Shown here piece after piece: positions 38,585 through 52,362 of a stretch of 64,000 bases of DNA. Origin of the DNA: Eledone cirrhosa (Eukaryota). The DNA lies in contig OZ024740.1 of the NCBI GenBank assembly GCA_964016885.1, positions 433,256,001-433,320,000 on the forward strand, given 5' to 3'. The position numbers were made by a program, and so were the translations under genes. The notes beneath the pieces were generated by a model. It saw only the letters and a program-made list of their open reading frames with translations, was not told the DNA's origin and made no database searches. Position 1 is the first letter of the stretch. Each line of letters starts with the position of its first letter.

Positions 38585-41500
38585 CATCATCATCATCATC
38601 GTTTAACGTCCATATTCCACGCTTGCATGGGTTTGGACGGGAGTTTTCCCACTTGAGGCAAGAGTGATTGCCTTGCTCGCATAGGACTGTCTGGCGGGTT
38701 TTCTACGGCTGGATGCCCTTCCTAACACCAACCACATTTACAGTGTGGACTGGGAGGTTTTTACCGTGTTACCTACATGGCCACATTACAGTGTGGACTG
38801 TGCTTTTTCTTTTGTGACACCTACACGACCTCATTTATTTCGGACTGGATGTTGTGGTACCAACATAACTTTACATTGAAAGGGGTGGTGTGGATGGGGT
38901 GGGGTAGTGGGACGGGGTTCATTTTGTTAGAGGTGCCTACTGACTGTGGTAGGTTTCACTTTGTACTTAGGTAAGGCGGGTCTTCTGTATTACTGTGTAG
39001 CGCCAAAGATCTCGGTCCAGTGACATTGTCTTGGAGAGGTGTAAGTGTGTCAGGTCGGAATTTATCAAGTCGTCCCAGGTTTTTTGGGGTCTGCCTACTC
39101 CGTGGTTACCGTCTATTTTTATTGCCCTGCACTTTTTTATACAGCTGTCATTTTTCATGCGCATCACGTGACCATACCAACGTAGTCTTCTCTCGAGTAA
39201 ACAACATTTGATCCCTCTTATTTCTAATTTTTCCCTTAGTTCGTTTATGCTTTGCCGTTCACGTATATTACTATTACACATCCAGCGGAGCATGCAAGCT
39301 TCGTTCCTCTCCAGTCTGCATATATCCTCTGCACACAATGCCTAGGTCTCACTGCCATGTAACATAGCTGTTCGTATGCAGGCATCATACAGCCTGCCTT
39401 TCATTTTTAGGGAGAACCCTTTAGCGGCTAATAGTGGTATAAGCTCTCTGAACTTTTTCTATCCAGTTCTGACTCTAGCTACTGTACTTTCAGAGCACCC
39501 TCCTCCACTGCTGATTTTGTCACCCAGGTAACGGAAGCTGTCCACTATTTCTATAGAACCATCTGTGCAATGGAATGAGTAGTATTCTGTGGGCACTTGC
39601 TGCTACTTATTGCACCAGAGCACCGGCCACATATAAAATCTATGTTCTTAGTTAGCTTACCTGTGATCCCACTACATCTTTTATGCACCCATACTTTGCA
39701 TTTGGGACATAAAATGGAGTTTCTACTTACTCCTTTCCTACACACTGAGCATGGCCATTTCCCGGATGGGACCGGTGCCCTATTTTCCTTCCTACAAACT
39801 AGAACTTTAGTCTTCGACAGGTTAATTTTAAGGCCTTTTGATTCTAGGCCATGCTTCCATGTTTGGAATTTCTTCTCTAGTTCGGCCCATTGATTCAGCT
39901 ATGAGCGTTAGATCATCTGCATATAGGAGTTCCCATGGGCAGCCAGTCTTGAACTCCACTGTTATAGCCTGAAGGGCAATAATAAATAGTAGGGGGCTAA
40001 GAACGGAGCCCTGATGAACAACTTTTACGCTAAACTCTATTTGTTGTTAATTCTAACCTTGCTGCCTGTTTCTTTATACATGGCTTGTATAGCTCTCACA
40101 AGCCATTCATCAACACCTAGTTTTCTAAGAGCCCACCAGATAATGGAACGGGGGACTCTGTCGAAGGCTTTCTCCAAGTCGACAAAAGCTAAGTATAGGG
40201 GTTTACTTTTAGCTAGGTACTTCTGTAGTTGTCGTACAATGAAAAGAGCATCTGTGGTACTTTTACCTGACACAAACCCGAACTGCATTTCATCTAGATC
40301 AATTCTCTCTCTGATTAGTTGCGCTATTACTTTTTGTATGACCTTCATGACCTGGTAGATTAATTTAATACCTCTATAGTTACTCCTATCTAGGGCATCT
40401 CCTTTACCCTTGTAGCAGTTAATGATGATGATGCTGCACCAGTCCTTCGGAACAACCCCATTCTGTATGACTTGGTTTACTATCCGGGTGACCATGGTGT
40501 GTCCCACCGTTCCAGAAACTTTCAGCATTTCAACAACTATTTCCGAAGGCCCAGCCGCCTTACCCGTCTTCATATCTTTGATTGCCTTACTTATTATACT
40601 ACCTTCAACTAACACTGCTGGTCCCTCTATTGGGTCGATGTGGGGGAGACTGTCTTTCTCCCATTTATTCTCCTCATTTAGTAGCCTTTCGTAGTGACAC
40701 TTCCAAGCTACCTTCTTATCAGCATCAATGATGGCAAGTACACCATCATCATTAAGGACACACTTCTCCCCGACAATATCACGGTTTTCCTTGACACATT
40801 GCCTAGCAATCCTGAACACCTCACGTTTTTGGTCCTTGCGTTGTAGAACATGCTTGAACTTTCTTTCCTCTGCTTCCCTTCTTGCGAAGTTTACTTGTCT
40901 CCTAGCTTCCCTCCTGGCCACTTGATAGTCTTCTCTACTTCCCCCATCCCGCCATACTTTCCAAGCCTGCTTTTTGGCCTTAATTGACTCCTCCACCTTA
41001 CTGTTCCACCACCATGTTACTCTCCTCCTGCCTTTCGGCCTGCTCCAGCCACAGACTTCGTCTGCCGCCATCAGCAGGTTTGCTTTCAGGAATTCCCACT
41101 GTTCCTCTATATTGTACGACTCTAAATGCTCTTCCTTACTGTCGAAAGCATCAAGTAATATGCTTTGAAATTTATTTCTGGCTGTGGGGTCCTTTAGCTT
41201 CCATATTTTTCTCCTGAGGATAGTCCTCTTCTGTTCTCGAGTACGTCTCGTCCTGACTATGAGGTCGCTAATTATCAGTCTATGTTGGGAGGTGCATTCT
41301 TCATGGGGGAGGGATTTAGTGTTTACAACAGACACTCTGTCACGTCTTCTGGTAAGGATATAATCTACCTGGCTGGTATGTTTCCCTGATCTGTAGGTGA
41401 TCAAGTGATTGTCTCGTTTTTTGAAGTTAGTGTTACAGATAGTTAGGTTATTTGCGTCACAGAATTCCAGGATTCTGGAGCCTTCCTCATTTCTAGTACC

Positions 41501-42300
41501 AAACCCATAGCCTCCGTGGATTCCGTCATAGCCGTCACAATGTTGTCCAATGTGACCATTTAGGTCGCCTGCAATAATTATATAGTCACTGTCGGTTATT
41601 TGGGAGGTAGTGAGCATCAGTGTCTCATAGAATCTGTCTTTTATAGCGCCAGGCAGTCCGGATTGGGGTGCGTACGCAGATATTACTGTCACAGTAGTTC
41701 TATTTAGAACAAGTCTTATTTTAATTATTCTGTCATTCACTCTATTTACGTCTATTATCTTATCCACCCATTTTTCTGCTAACGTGATTCCTACCCCACC
41801 TATCCAATTGTCAATTCCCACCCAGAAAAGCGTATAGCATCGTTTTTTACCCACAATGAATCTAGCAGACCCGCCCCTCTTGGATACAGCAAACATCAAC
41901 CTCCTTACGTTCAAGCATTTCTACAACCTCATTAGAGCAGCGTTTTAAGGTGCCTACATTCATGGTACCAACTCTGAAGTTTTGGATTGCGTTTGGTGGG
42001 TGGGGCGCAGGGAGGGGTGAGGGGGATGGGGTTAGGGTTATATTGGCCATCCGCGGCCGAAACAAAGAGGAGGAGTCCTTGCCCTTTCGTCTGGCAGCAT
42101 GAGGTGAATTTGTCGTTATCTTTGGCATTGTCTTCGAGTGTCCAGATTCTTGAGACTCTCCAGAAATTCCTTAGTCCATCTATCATATCGAAAAGCAACC
42201 AGGAGAAGTGATAGCATAGGCCGTTGACTTGTGATTGGTCCAAATAATAAAGGTGGAGAGTGGGGGCGGGAGGGTATGGGGTAGTTAGCGAGGAGAAGAT
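38585..42300 (-). mobile_element. Near full-length RTE subfamily B (APE, RT, PHD), disrupted
   Basis: VGTMNVGTL, AYAPQ, GDLN, VDYI, QH; RT motifs; several frameshifts and stops; (GAT)n tail. Confidence 0.93.
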
Positions 42301-42436
42301 TATTTATATATATATATTTCATTTCATTTCATTTTACGTCCGCTTTTCCCTGCTTGCAAGGGTTGGACGGGAACTGACTCTGGCTTGATTTCTACAGCTG
42401 GATGCCCTTATATATATATATATATATATAATAATT

Positions 42437-42622
42437 GCTTCTACTTTTGGCACAAGGTCAGCAATTATCCCAGTGCATTACTGGTATTTTATTTTATCGA
42501 CCTCGTAAGGATGAAAGGCAAAGTTGACCTCGACGGGATTTGAACTCAGACAATAAAGGGCCGTAACTCTATGCTGCAAAGCATGGTGTCCAACGCTCTA
42601 CCGATACTGCCAATCCACCGCC
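42437..42622 (-). mobile_element. SINE family 2
   Basis: Homologous to 24204-24392. Confidence 0.8.
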
Positions 42623-42681
42623 CTATTATTATATATATATATAATAAAAGGACGATTTGTTATGCTTTATTACGTTTATTG

Positions 42682-42772
42682 AGAAGTGCCACATGTTTCA
42701 CTATTGATCAGCTCAAGGTTCGATCTGTATCGATCTATCCTGACTCCGGAATCAAAAGCTCGTCGGGCCTCT
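42682..42772 (-). ncRNA. Degenerate hammerhead-like motif in a TA-flanked ~210-bp element
   Basis: CCGACGA-(GCTTTTGAT...ATCAATAGT)-GAAA-CATGT with palindrome ACATGT. Core U4 is C and the cleavage position is G. Confidence 0.4.
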
Positions 42773-42953
42773 TTACCAATTGGATACTACACATCAAGTG
42801 CTTACTTGGGTGAACCTACAGTAGCTGCACATTACATTCCCAAGATATATATATGATGATGATATATGTATACAGAAACATGTCCAAGATAACAACTACA
42901 AATGGCCAAAGATGGTTATGATTTGCAGGATATTGCTGGAGAAGTAAACTGGT

Positions 42954-45430
42954 AGTTATACACAAGGTACTATTGTGGGAACCAACTCAAGGGAGTCACA
43001 GTAGAGGAAGTTATACACAAGGTACTATTGTGGGAACCAACTGAGGGGAGACACAGTAGAGGAAGTTATACACAAGGTACTATTGTGGGAACCAACTGAG
43101 GGGAGACACAGTAGAGGAAGTTATACACAAGGTACTATTGTGGGAACCAACTGAGGGGAGACACAGTAGAGGAAGTTATACACAAGGTACTATTGTGGGA
43201 ACCAACTGAGGGGAGACACAGTAGAGGAAGTTATACACAAGGTACTATTGTGGGAACCAACTGAGGGGAGACACAGTAGAGGAAGTTATACACAAGGTAC
43301 TATTGTGGGAACCAACTGAGGGGAGACACAGTAGAGGAAGTTATACACAAGGTACTATTGTGGGAACCAACTGAGGGGAGACACAGTAGAGGAAGTTATA
43401 CACAAGGTACTATTGTGGGAACCAACTGAGGGGAGACACAGTAGAGGAAGTTATACACAAAGTACTATTGTGGGAACCAACTGAGGGGAGACACAGTAGA
43501 GGAAGTTATACACAAAGTACTATTGTGGGAACCAACTGAGGGGAGACACAGTAGAGGAAGTTATACACAAGGTACTATTGTGGGAACCAACTGAGGGGAG
43601 ACACAGTAGAGGAAGTTATACACAAAGTACTATTGTGGGAACCAACTCAAGGGAGACACAGTAGAGGAAGTTATACACAAGGTACTATTGTGGGAACCAA
43701 CTCAAGGGAGACACAGTAGAGGAAGTTATACACAAGGTACTATTGTGGGAACCAACTCAAGGGAGACACAGTAGAGGAAGTTATACACAAGGTACTATTG
43801 TGGGAACCAACTCAAGGGAGACACAGTAGAGGAAGTTATACACAAGGTAATATTGTGGGAACCAACTCAAGGGAGACACAATAGAGAAAGTTATACACAA
43901 GGTAATATTGTGGGAACCAACTCAAGGGAGACACAATAGGGGAAGTTATACACAAGGTAATATTGTGGGAACCAACTCAAGGGAGACACACTAGAGTAAG
44001 TTATACACAAGGTAATATTGTGGGAACCAACTCAAGGGAGACACAATAGGGGAAGTTATACACACGGTAATATTGTGGGAACCAACTCAAGGGAGACACA
44101 ATAGAGAAAGTTATACACAAGGTAATATTGTGGGAACCAACTCAAGGGAGACACAATAGGGGAAGTTATACAATAGGTAATATTGTGGGAACCAACTCAA
44201 GGGAGACACAATAGGGCAAGTTATACACAAGATACTATTGTGGGAACCAACTCAAGGGAGATACAATAGGGGAAGTTATACACAAGTTACTATTGTGGGA
44301 ACCAACTCAAGGGAGACACACTAGAGTAAGTTATACACAAGGTAATATTGTGGGAACCAACTCAAGGGAGACACAATAGGGGAAGTTATACACAAGGTAA
44401 TATTGTGGGAACCAACTCAAGGGAGACACAATAGGGGAAGTTATACACAAGTTACTATTGTGGGAACCAACTCAAGGGAGACACACTAGAGTAAGTTATA
44501 CACAAGGTAATATTCTGGGAACCAACTCAAGGGAGACAAAGTAGAGGAAGTTATACACAAGGTACTATTGTGGGAACCAACTCAAGGGAGACACAATAGG
44601 GGAAGTTATACACAAGGTAATATTGTGGGAACCAACTCAAGGGAGACACAATAGGGGAAGTTATACACAAGGTAATATTGTGGGCACCAACTCAAGGGAG
44701 ACAAAGTAGGGGAAGTTATACACAAGGTACTATTGTGGGAACCAACTCAAGGGAGACACAATAGGGGAAGTTATACACAAGGTACTATTGTGGGAACCAA
44801 CTCAAGGGAGACACAATAGGGGAAGTTATACACAAGGTACTATTGTGGGAACCAACTCAAGGGAGACACAATAGGGGAAGTTATACACAAGGTAATATTG
44901 TGGGAACCAACTCAAGGGAGACAAAGTAGGGGAAGTTATACACAAGGTACTATTGTGGGAACCAACTCAAGGGAGACACAATAGGGGAAGTTATACACAA
45001 GGTACTATTGTGGGAACCAACTCAAGGGAGACACAATAGGGGAAGTTATACAATAGGTAATATTGTGGGAACCAACTCAAGGGAGACAAAGTAGGGGAAG
45101 TTATACACAAGGTAATATTGTGGGAACCAACTCAAGGGAGACACAATAGGGGAAGTTATACACAAGGTACTATTGTGGGAACCAACTCAAGGGAGACACA
45201 ATAGGGGAAGTTATACACAAGGTAATATTGTGGGAACCAACTCAAGGGAGACACAATTGGGGAAGTTATACACAAGGTACTATTGTGGGAACCAACTCAA
45301 GGGAGACAAAGTAGGGTAAGTTATACACAAGGTACTATTGTGGGAACCAACTCAAGGGAGACACAATAGGGGAAGTTATACACAAGGTACTATTGTGGGA
45401 ACCAACTCAAGGGAGACACAATAGGGGAAG
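42954..45430. repeat. 60-bp minisatellite (~41 copies)
   Basis: Unit AGTTATACACAAGGTACTATTGTGGGAACCAACT...GGAGACACA...GGA. Confidence 0.95.
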
Positions 45431-46021
45431 AGCTAACATTAATCAACTCTCAGACAATATAAGCCTAAGTAGGGAGAAGTGCCAGGAGCAACGGAAAATC
45501 ATGAATTGTGGAGAGACTTTGTGAGGAATGTTTGACTGCGGTTACAATGGTGATGTAGATGATGATGATATACAATGGTGATGTAGATGATGATGATATA
45601 CATGATGTATAACTATTAGTTCTAATTATGATATATTTAATTAACAATCTTATAAAGTAAACTCTATGCAACTGTTCATGCATTACAGTGGCAACAACAA
45701 CAACAAAGGACGATATTGGAAAGAAAACGATGTGTGAAAATAAAGATGATAGGTCTGCTTGACCAAGTCATACCTAGTGATAGGTCTGCTTGACCAAGTC
45801 ATACCTAGTGATAGGTCTGCTTGACCAAGACCGAGAGCTTAAACATTTGTAATGCTTAAATAACTTTGAATTAACAATCAATAACTTAGAGCTTTAACTA
45901 TATATATAGCCAGAAACAAACCTATATAAGCAAGACGTGGTCACCTGACCCAACTTGCCTCATTTAACCCATGTTAGTGTGGAAAATGGACCTTAAATGA
46001 TGATGATGATATATATATATA

Positions 46022-46095
46022 CAGGGTGTCCCCAAAATGTATACACACTTATTAGAATGCTCTTGAACTGTGTATACATTTTTTGGGACACCCTG
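46022..46095. mobile_element. Tiny Tc1/mariner-type MITE
   Basis: TA-CAGGGTGTCCC...GGGACACCCTG-TA with ~27-bp TIRs. Confidence 0.8.
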
Positions 46096-46161
46096 TATCA
46101 TCCTCATATATATATATCAATGATATTAATAAATGGAAACTATATTTATAAAACCATATTT

Positions 46162-46221
46162 ATTCTATTATATATATTTCAAGGGTACCAAAAACTTTGG
46201 TACGCTCTCATCAGATAAAAT
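46162..46221 (-). ncRNA. Intact minimal type I hammerhead ribozyme (solo Naiad-type pLTR)
   Basis: Stem I ATTTTAT/ATAGAAT, CTGATGA, stem II with 11 of 12 pairs, GAAA, stem III ATATATAT, AUA triplet (A17 at 46169). Flanks are homologous to the pLTR near 9960-10105. Confidence 0.85.
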
Positions 46222-46409
46222 ACAAAATTTGTTTTATAAATAGTGACATATCCCAGAAACCAGACCTTATCGGTTCAGGTTCAGTTTGGATAGTGAAAGG
46301 AAAAAAGAAATAAAGAAAAAATCTTTAGGATGGATATGTAAATGAAGTAGAAGCATAGACTGAAAAAGTCGTTATATTTAGACGCTAGGTAAATTTAATA
46401 TAAGTAATA

Positions 46410-46537
46410 ACACAACAGTTAGTTCACCATACCAAGAACAATTGTTTCACCTTATGCGGATCTTCAGCTTAGACTGATACTCAAGATCCGCATAAGGTGA
46501 AACAATTGTTCTCGGTATGGTGAACTAACTGTTGTGT
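46410..46537. repeat. 55-bp inverted repeat (46410-46464 / 46483-46537) overlapping a hammerhead
   Basis: The arms are reverse complements with 1 mismatch. Confidence 0.9.
46432..46472 (-). ncRNA. Minimal type I hammerhead ribozyme
   Basis: Stem I CTAAG/CTTGG, CTGAAGA, short stem II TCC-GCATAA-GGT, GAAA, palindrome ACAATTGT, GUU triplet. Confidence 0.72.
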
Positions 46538-47774
46538 AACCACTTCTACCTAACTCGTCCCTTGGACTGAGTCCTCTACCACTACGGATATTAGCTTCCA
46601 GTGTTCTACCTCTCTCTCTCTCTCTGTATATATATATATATATATATCAGTGCAGATTAATCTCATCTCAACGGCTGTTTTGCCTCAAGATGTTCAGAAC
46701 TTACAAGACCAGCTCATCATTTTAGAGTATTTCAATTAATGGAAATTATTAAAGAAGGTACTAAAGAGAAATATCATGGAAAATTAATTAGGAAAGTAAT
46801 AGATATGTAAATTAATTTGGAAAGTAATAGATATGTAAATTAATTAGGAAAGTAATAGATATGTAAAAGCTATTCAATAGAAAATATGAAGTAGTTGAAA
46901 TCCTTAATCAGACATTAGGTAATTGATCAATGATGAACAGTTTAACAATAGATTCTTGTAACAGACAATATTAAAATCTTTACTGGAGGTGAATATCAGC
47001 ATGGTATTAGAGGGAGAGAGGTGTCTAGATGTCTAGATCAGTATGTCTAGATGTGTGTGTCTGCATGTGTAGATGTGTGTGTGTATGTGTAGATGTGTGT
47101 GTGTATGTGTAGATGTGTATGTGTAGATGTTTATGTGTAGATGTATGTGCATGTAGATGTATGTGTGTGTAGATGTGTGTGTGTAGATATGTGTATGTGT
47201 AGACTCACTGGAGATGTTAGAAGGTCCATAGAACTGGTCAAGGGTCAGACTTCCTGATTTATTTGTTAAAATCTGACCAGAGCCGTTGGATTTCTTCATG
47301 TTATTGTTTAGATGTGGAGGTGTGGTGTAGTGGTGTGTTGTCTAGTGGAGGTGTGGTGTAGTGGTGTGTTCTGTGGTGGTGTGGTGTGTGGTCTAGTGGA
47401 GGTGTGGTCTAGTGGAGGTGTGGTCTAGTGGAGGTGTGGTGTAGTGGTGTGGTGTAGTGGTGGTAGTAGTGGTGGTAGTAGTGGTGGTGGTAGGGGTGGT
47501 AGTGGTGGTAGTAGTGATGGTGGTGGTAGTAGTGATGGTGGTGGTGGTGGTAGTGGTGGTGGTAGTGGTGGTAGTGGTGGTGGTAGTAGTGGTGGTGGTA
47601 GGGGTGTTAGTGGTGGTGCTGGTGGTGGTGGTAGTGGTGGTAGTAGTGGTAGTGGTGGTAATCAATGTATTTGACTCTTCCCTGTAAAACTGTTTAAACT
47701 TTGTTAAACTAGAAACATGTGAAACATCAGGTTTCCCACAAATATAACATTTCATGGAGTTCTATTGTAATTTA

Positions 47775-49270
47775 CACACACACACAGTCACATATACACT
47801 GGTATACACACACACTGTCACATATACACTGGTATACACACACACACTGTCACATATACACTGGTATACACACACACTGTCACATATACACTGGTATACA
47901 TACACACTGTCACATATACACTGGTATACATACACACTGTCACATATACACTGGTATACACACACACTGTCACATATACACTGGTATACACACACACTGT
48001 CACATATACACTGGTATACACACACACTGTCACATATACACTGGTATACATACACACACTGTCACATATACACTGGTATACACACACACACTGTCACATA
48101 TACACTGGTATACACACACATTGTCACATATACACTGGTATACACACACACTGTCACATATACACTGGTATACACACACACTAGTATACACACACATTGT
48201 CACATATACACTGGTATACACACACACTGTCACATATACACTGGTATACACACACACACTGTCACATATACACTGGTATACACACACACTGTCACATATA
48301 CACTGGTATACACACACACTAGTATACACACACATTGTCACATATACACTGGTATACACACACACTGTCACATATACACTGGTATACACAGACACTGTCA
48401 CATATACACTAGTATACACACACAGTGTCACATATACACTGGTATACACACACACTGTCACATATACACTGGTATACATACACACACTGTCACATATACA
48501 CTGGTATACATACACACACTGTCACATATACACTGGTATACACACACACACTGTCACATATACACTGGTATACACACACTAGTATACACACACACTGTCA
48601 CATATACACTGGTATACACACACTGTCACATATACACTGGTATACATACACACACTGTCACATATACACTGGTATACACACACTGTCACATATACACTGG
48701 TATACACACACACTAGTATACACACACATTGTCACATATACACTGGTATACACACACACTGTCACATATACACTGGTATACATACACACACTGTCACATA
48801 TACACTGGTATACACACACACTGTCACATATACACTGGTATACATACACACACTGTCACATATACACTGGTATACACACACACTGTCACATATACACTGG
48901 TATACATACACACACTGGTATACACACACTGTCACATATACACTGGTATACACACACACACTGTCACATATACACTGGTATACACACACTGTCACATATA
49001 CACTGGTATACACACACACACACTGTCACATATACACTGGTATACACACACACAGTCACATATACACTGTCACATATACACTGGTATACACACACATAGA
49101 CACACACTGTCATATACACTGGCATACACACACACACAGTCACATATACACTGGTATACACACACACTGTCACATATACACTGGTATACACACACACACT
49201 GTCACATATACACTGGTATACACACACAGTCAGATATACACTGGTATACACACACACTGTCACATATACA
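47775..49270. repeat. ~30-bp minisatellite (CACTGTCACATATACACTGGTATACACACA)n
   Basis: Read directly. Unit length varies with the number of CA repeats. Confidence 0.95.
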
Positions 49271-49837
49271 CACACATAGACTCAGACACACAGACACACA
49301 CACAGAGTACCACACAGACACACACTGACTCAGACACCAGTCACACAGACTCAGACACACATGCACACAAACACACACACAGACTCAGACACACAGTCAC
49401 AAAGACTCAGACACACATGCACACAGAGTCACATACAGACGCTGTCACATATACACTGATACACACACAGAGGCAGGAATGTATGTTAGTGCTGTGACTA
49501 AGTAGAGAGTTGTCCTTAAATCTCAGCAGACACAAATAACCGAAGTTCAGTTATTTTCAGTGTCACGGAGTAATCAATATATAAGAAATAGTTCAATATT
49601 ATTTTATATTGCCGACAGTTGTTACAGTGTAGCTATTGTTCCACTTGCTCATATTCTCAAAATAACATGAGAGTGTTGTGAAGCTCTCCAAGTCCATATT
49701 TACAATACAATCCACTAAACACAACCCAATAACTGCAGCAGAAAACGTTGTTGTTTTAGATATAGTCTTGGAGTTCCTGGAGATTTTATTGATTAATTAA
49801 CAAGTTGAGTAATTTGGCAGCACATATCTAAAAATGG

Positions 49838-50167
49838 ATGTAGCTAGTGTAAATATACACACATGGATGTAGCTAGTGTAAATATACACACATGGATGTA
49901 GCTCGTGTAAATATACACACACACATGTAGCTAGTGTAAATATACACACACATATAGCTAGTGTAAATATACACACACATGTAGCTAGTGTAAATATACA
50001 CACATGTAGCTAGTGTAAATATACACACATGTAGCTAGTGTATATATACATACACACACATGTAGCTAGTGTAAATATACACACACGTGGATGTAGCTAG
50101 TGTAAATATACACACACGTGGATGTAGCTAGTGTAAATATACACACACACACATGTAGCTAGTGTAA
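49838..50167. repeat. ~26-32-bp minisatellite (ATGTAGCTAGTGTAAATATACACAC)n
   Basis: Read directly from the sequence. Confidence 0.9.
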
Positions 50168-50168
50168 G

Positions 50169-50277
<109 letters not shown>

Positions 50278-50556
50278 TGTGTCTGGTTCATCCCCAGATT
50301 TGATGTGATTTTTGTTGTGTTAACACTGGTGTGAGTATCAGGCAGTGTTGGAGTCTGGTCTGGGTCTGGGGTGTCTCCCAGATCACGAGCCTGCTGCTTA
50401 ACAAACATTTCTAACTGGGTTGAGCAATAAATCTCCTATATAACACCTCAACTTTCTTATTATATACACTCTGCTCTGTATCGAGTGCTGACATTGGTTC
50501 TCTCACCAGTTTTCTCCGGATTTACTGAACCTTTTGCACACACACATATATATATA

Positions 50557-50790
50557 TAGGAAAAAGTATGACCCCGACGGCAGAGCTCAAGCCATTTCGA
50601 CGGCTTTTTCTGGACTAAATTAGAATACCAGGCTAAAAATTCTAATTTAGTCCAGAAATAGCCGTCGAAATAGCTTGAGCTCTGCCGTCGGGGGTCATAC
50701 TTTTTCCTATTTCCCACTCTACTACCCTAAGTATTGAGTACTCTGGTGCGTTATGGTCCATCTGGTTCCTTACCACAATTCCTTTGTTAT
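50557..50790. mobile_element. (TA)n-inserted palindrome-plus-tail element, copy 1
   Basis: 153-bp palindrome at 50557-50709 plus an 80-bp tail. Inverted homologue at 62282-62483. Confidence 0.75.
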
Positions 50791-51323
50791 ATATATATAT
50801 ATATATATATATCATAATCATCATCGTTTAACGTCTATCTTCCATGCTAGCATGGGCTATATATATCCATGCATGGTCCCATTATTGCCAAGGTTATTGT
50901 AGGAGGCATCATATTGACATAGTGTTTCTAGGGCATTTTTAAACCTGGTGGAGCCCATCTCCTCTCCAGGTTTGAACACAGCTGATTTCTTCCAGAGAAG
51001 GGGAGAGAGAGAGGGGGGAGAGAGAGAGAGAGAGAGAGAGGAGGCGAGGGAGAGAGAGAGAGGAGGCGAGGGAGAGGGAGAGAGAGGAGGCGAGGGAGGG
51101 AGGGGGGGAATGGAAGCGAGGAAGAATCAACCCCAGTACTAGACTGGTACATTTTTATCGTCTTTGAATGGATGAAAGGCAAAGTTGACCTCCTTGGTGG
51201 ATTTTAAACTGAGAGAGCAGAGAGCTGAAACAAATACCACAAGGCATTCTTATCCGACATTTTAACAACTCTGCTAATTTGCCACTTTTTATATAAGAAT
51301 AGAACCCAATAAAAGAAACTCAC

Positions 51324-51447
51324 TTTTCTTTCTGTTAACTCTTCCTTGAATGAAGAGTTTCCAATTCCAATATATTGGAAGAAGAATCTGTTGAAGTAAT
51401 GAGATGTTGAGCCAGACAACATCCATTGGTCACATTTCAGGTAAATT
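51324..51447 (-). CDS. Possible internal exon of an unknown protein
   Basis: ttaaacag acceptor, gtgagt donor, open frame IYLKCDQWMLSG...FKEELTERK. No recognisable homology. Confidence 0.3.
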
Positions 51448-51886
51448 CTGTTTAAAGTTCAGGTTTAATTAGATGGGAAATAGTTTTTGATGTTAGAAAT
51501 CATTATTAAGTACTTAAGATATTGTAACAACAAGTAAAGAGCTTTAGTAAAGGGTGATTGTGGTGAGTTGTTTCAATATAAAGGAGAGAGTCTGATAGAG
51601 ATACAATAGTCTGTATGGGGTAGGGGGTGTATATGTGTGGGGTAGGGTGTTGGTGGGGAGAAAGGGGAAGATGTGGGAGAGAGAGTGAGAATGGAAGTGA
51701 ATGAGAATAAGAGAGAGAACGAGTGTGCAAAATTAAGAAAGAATTCCAAGAAGGTATTTAGAACAGAAGAAAGTATTGATAATTCTTTTGATGTGAAAAA
51801 TAGTGAAACTACTTGGAATGAATTGCCTTAGTACCTCCACACATCTACATTTATTACATATATATATATATATATTACATATACAT

Positions 51887-52362
51887 ATCCGACCTCACAC
51901 ACTTACACCTCTCCAAGACAATGTCACTGGACCGAGAGCTTTGGCGCTACACAGTAATAGAGAAGACCCGCCTTGCCTAAGTACAAAGCGAAACCTACAG
52001 TCAGTAGGCACCTCTAACAAAATACACCCTCGTCCCACTACCCCCACCCCATCCACACCACCCCCTTAAATGTGAAGTTATGTTGGTACCACAACATCCA
52101 GTCCGAAACAAATGAGGTCGTGTAGGTGTCACAACGAAAAAAACACACAGTCCACGCTGTAATGTGGCCGTGTAGGCAACACGGTAAAAACCTCCCAGTT
52201 CACACTGTAAACGTGGTTGGTGTTAGGAAGGGCATCCAGCCGTAGAAAACCCACCAGACAGTCCTCTGCGAGCAGGACAACCAATCTTGCCTCAAGTGGG
52301 AAAACTCCCATCCAAATCCATGTAAGCGTGGAAGATGGACGTTAAACAATGATGATGATGAT
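51887..52362 (+). mobile_element. RTE subfamily B 3' end
   Basis: Homologous to 57598-58060 with a (GAT)n tail. Confidence 0.88.

Noticed and set aside
19690-45430. Tandem arrays (64, 18, 72, 37 and 60 bp) as CRISPR-like arrays or ribozyme-bearing satellites
   Set aside because: Units are contiguous with no unique spacers, there are no cas-like ORFs, and no CTGANGA/GAAA core occurs in the units.
46705-46760. Upstream CUE exon (one frame contains FP and ends in phase 2)
   Set aside because: That frame has three stops, and the FP-to-intron spacing is one codon short.
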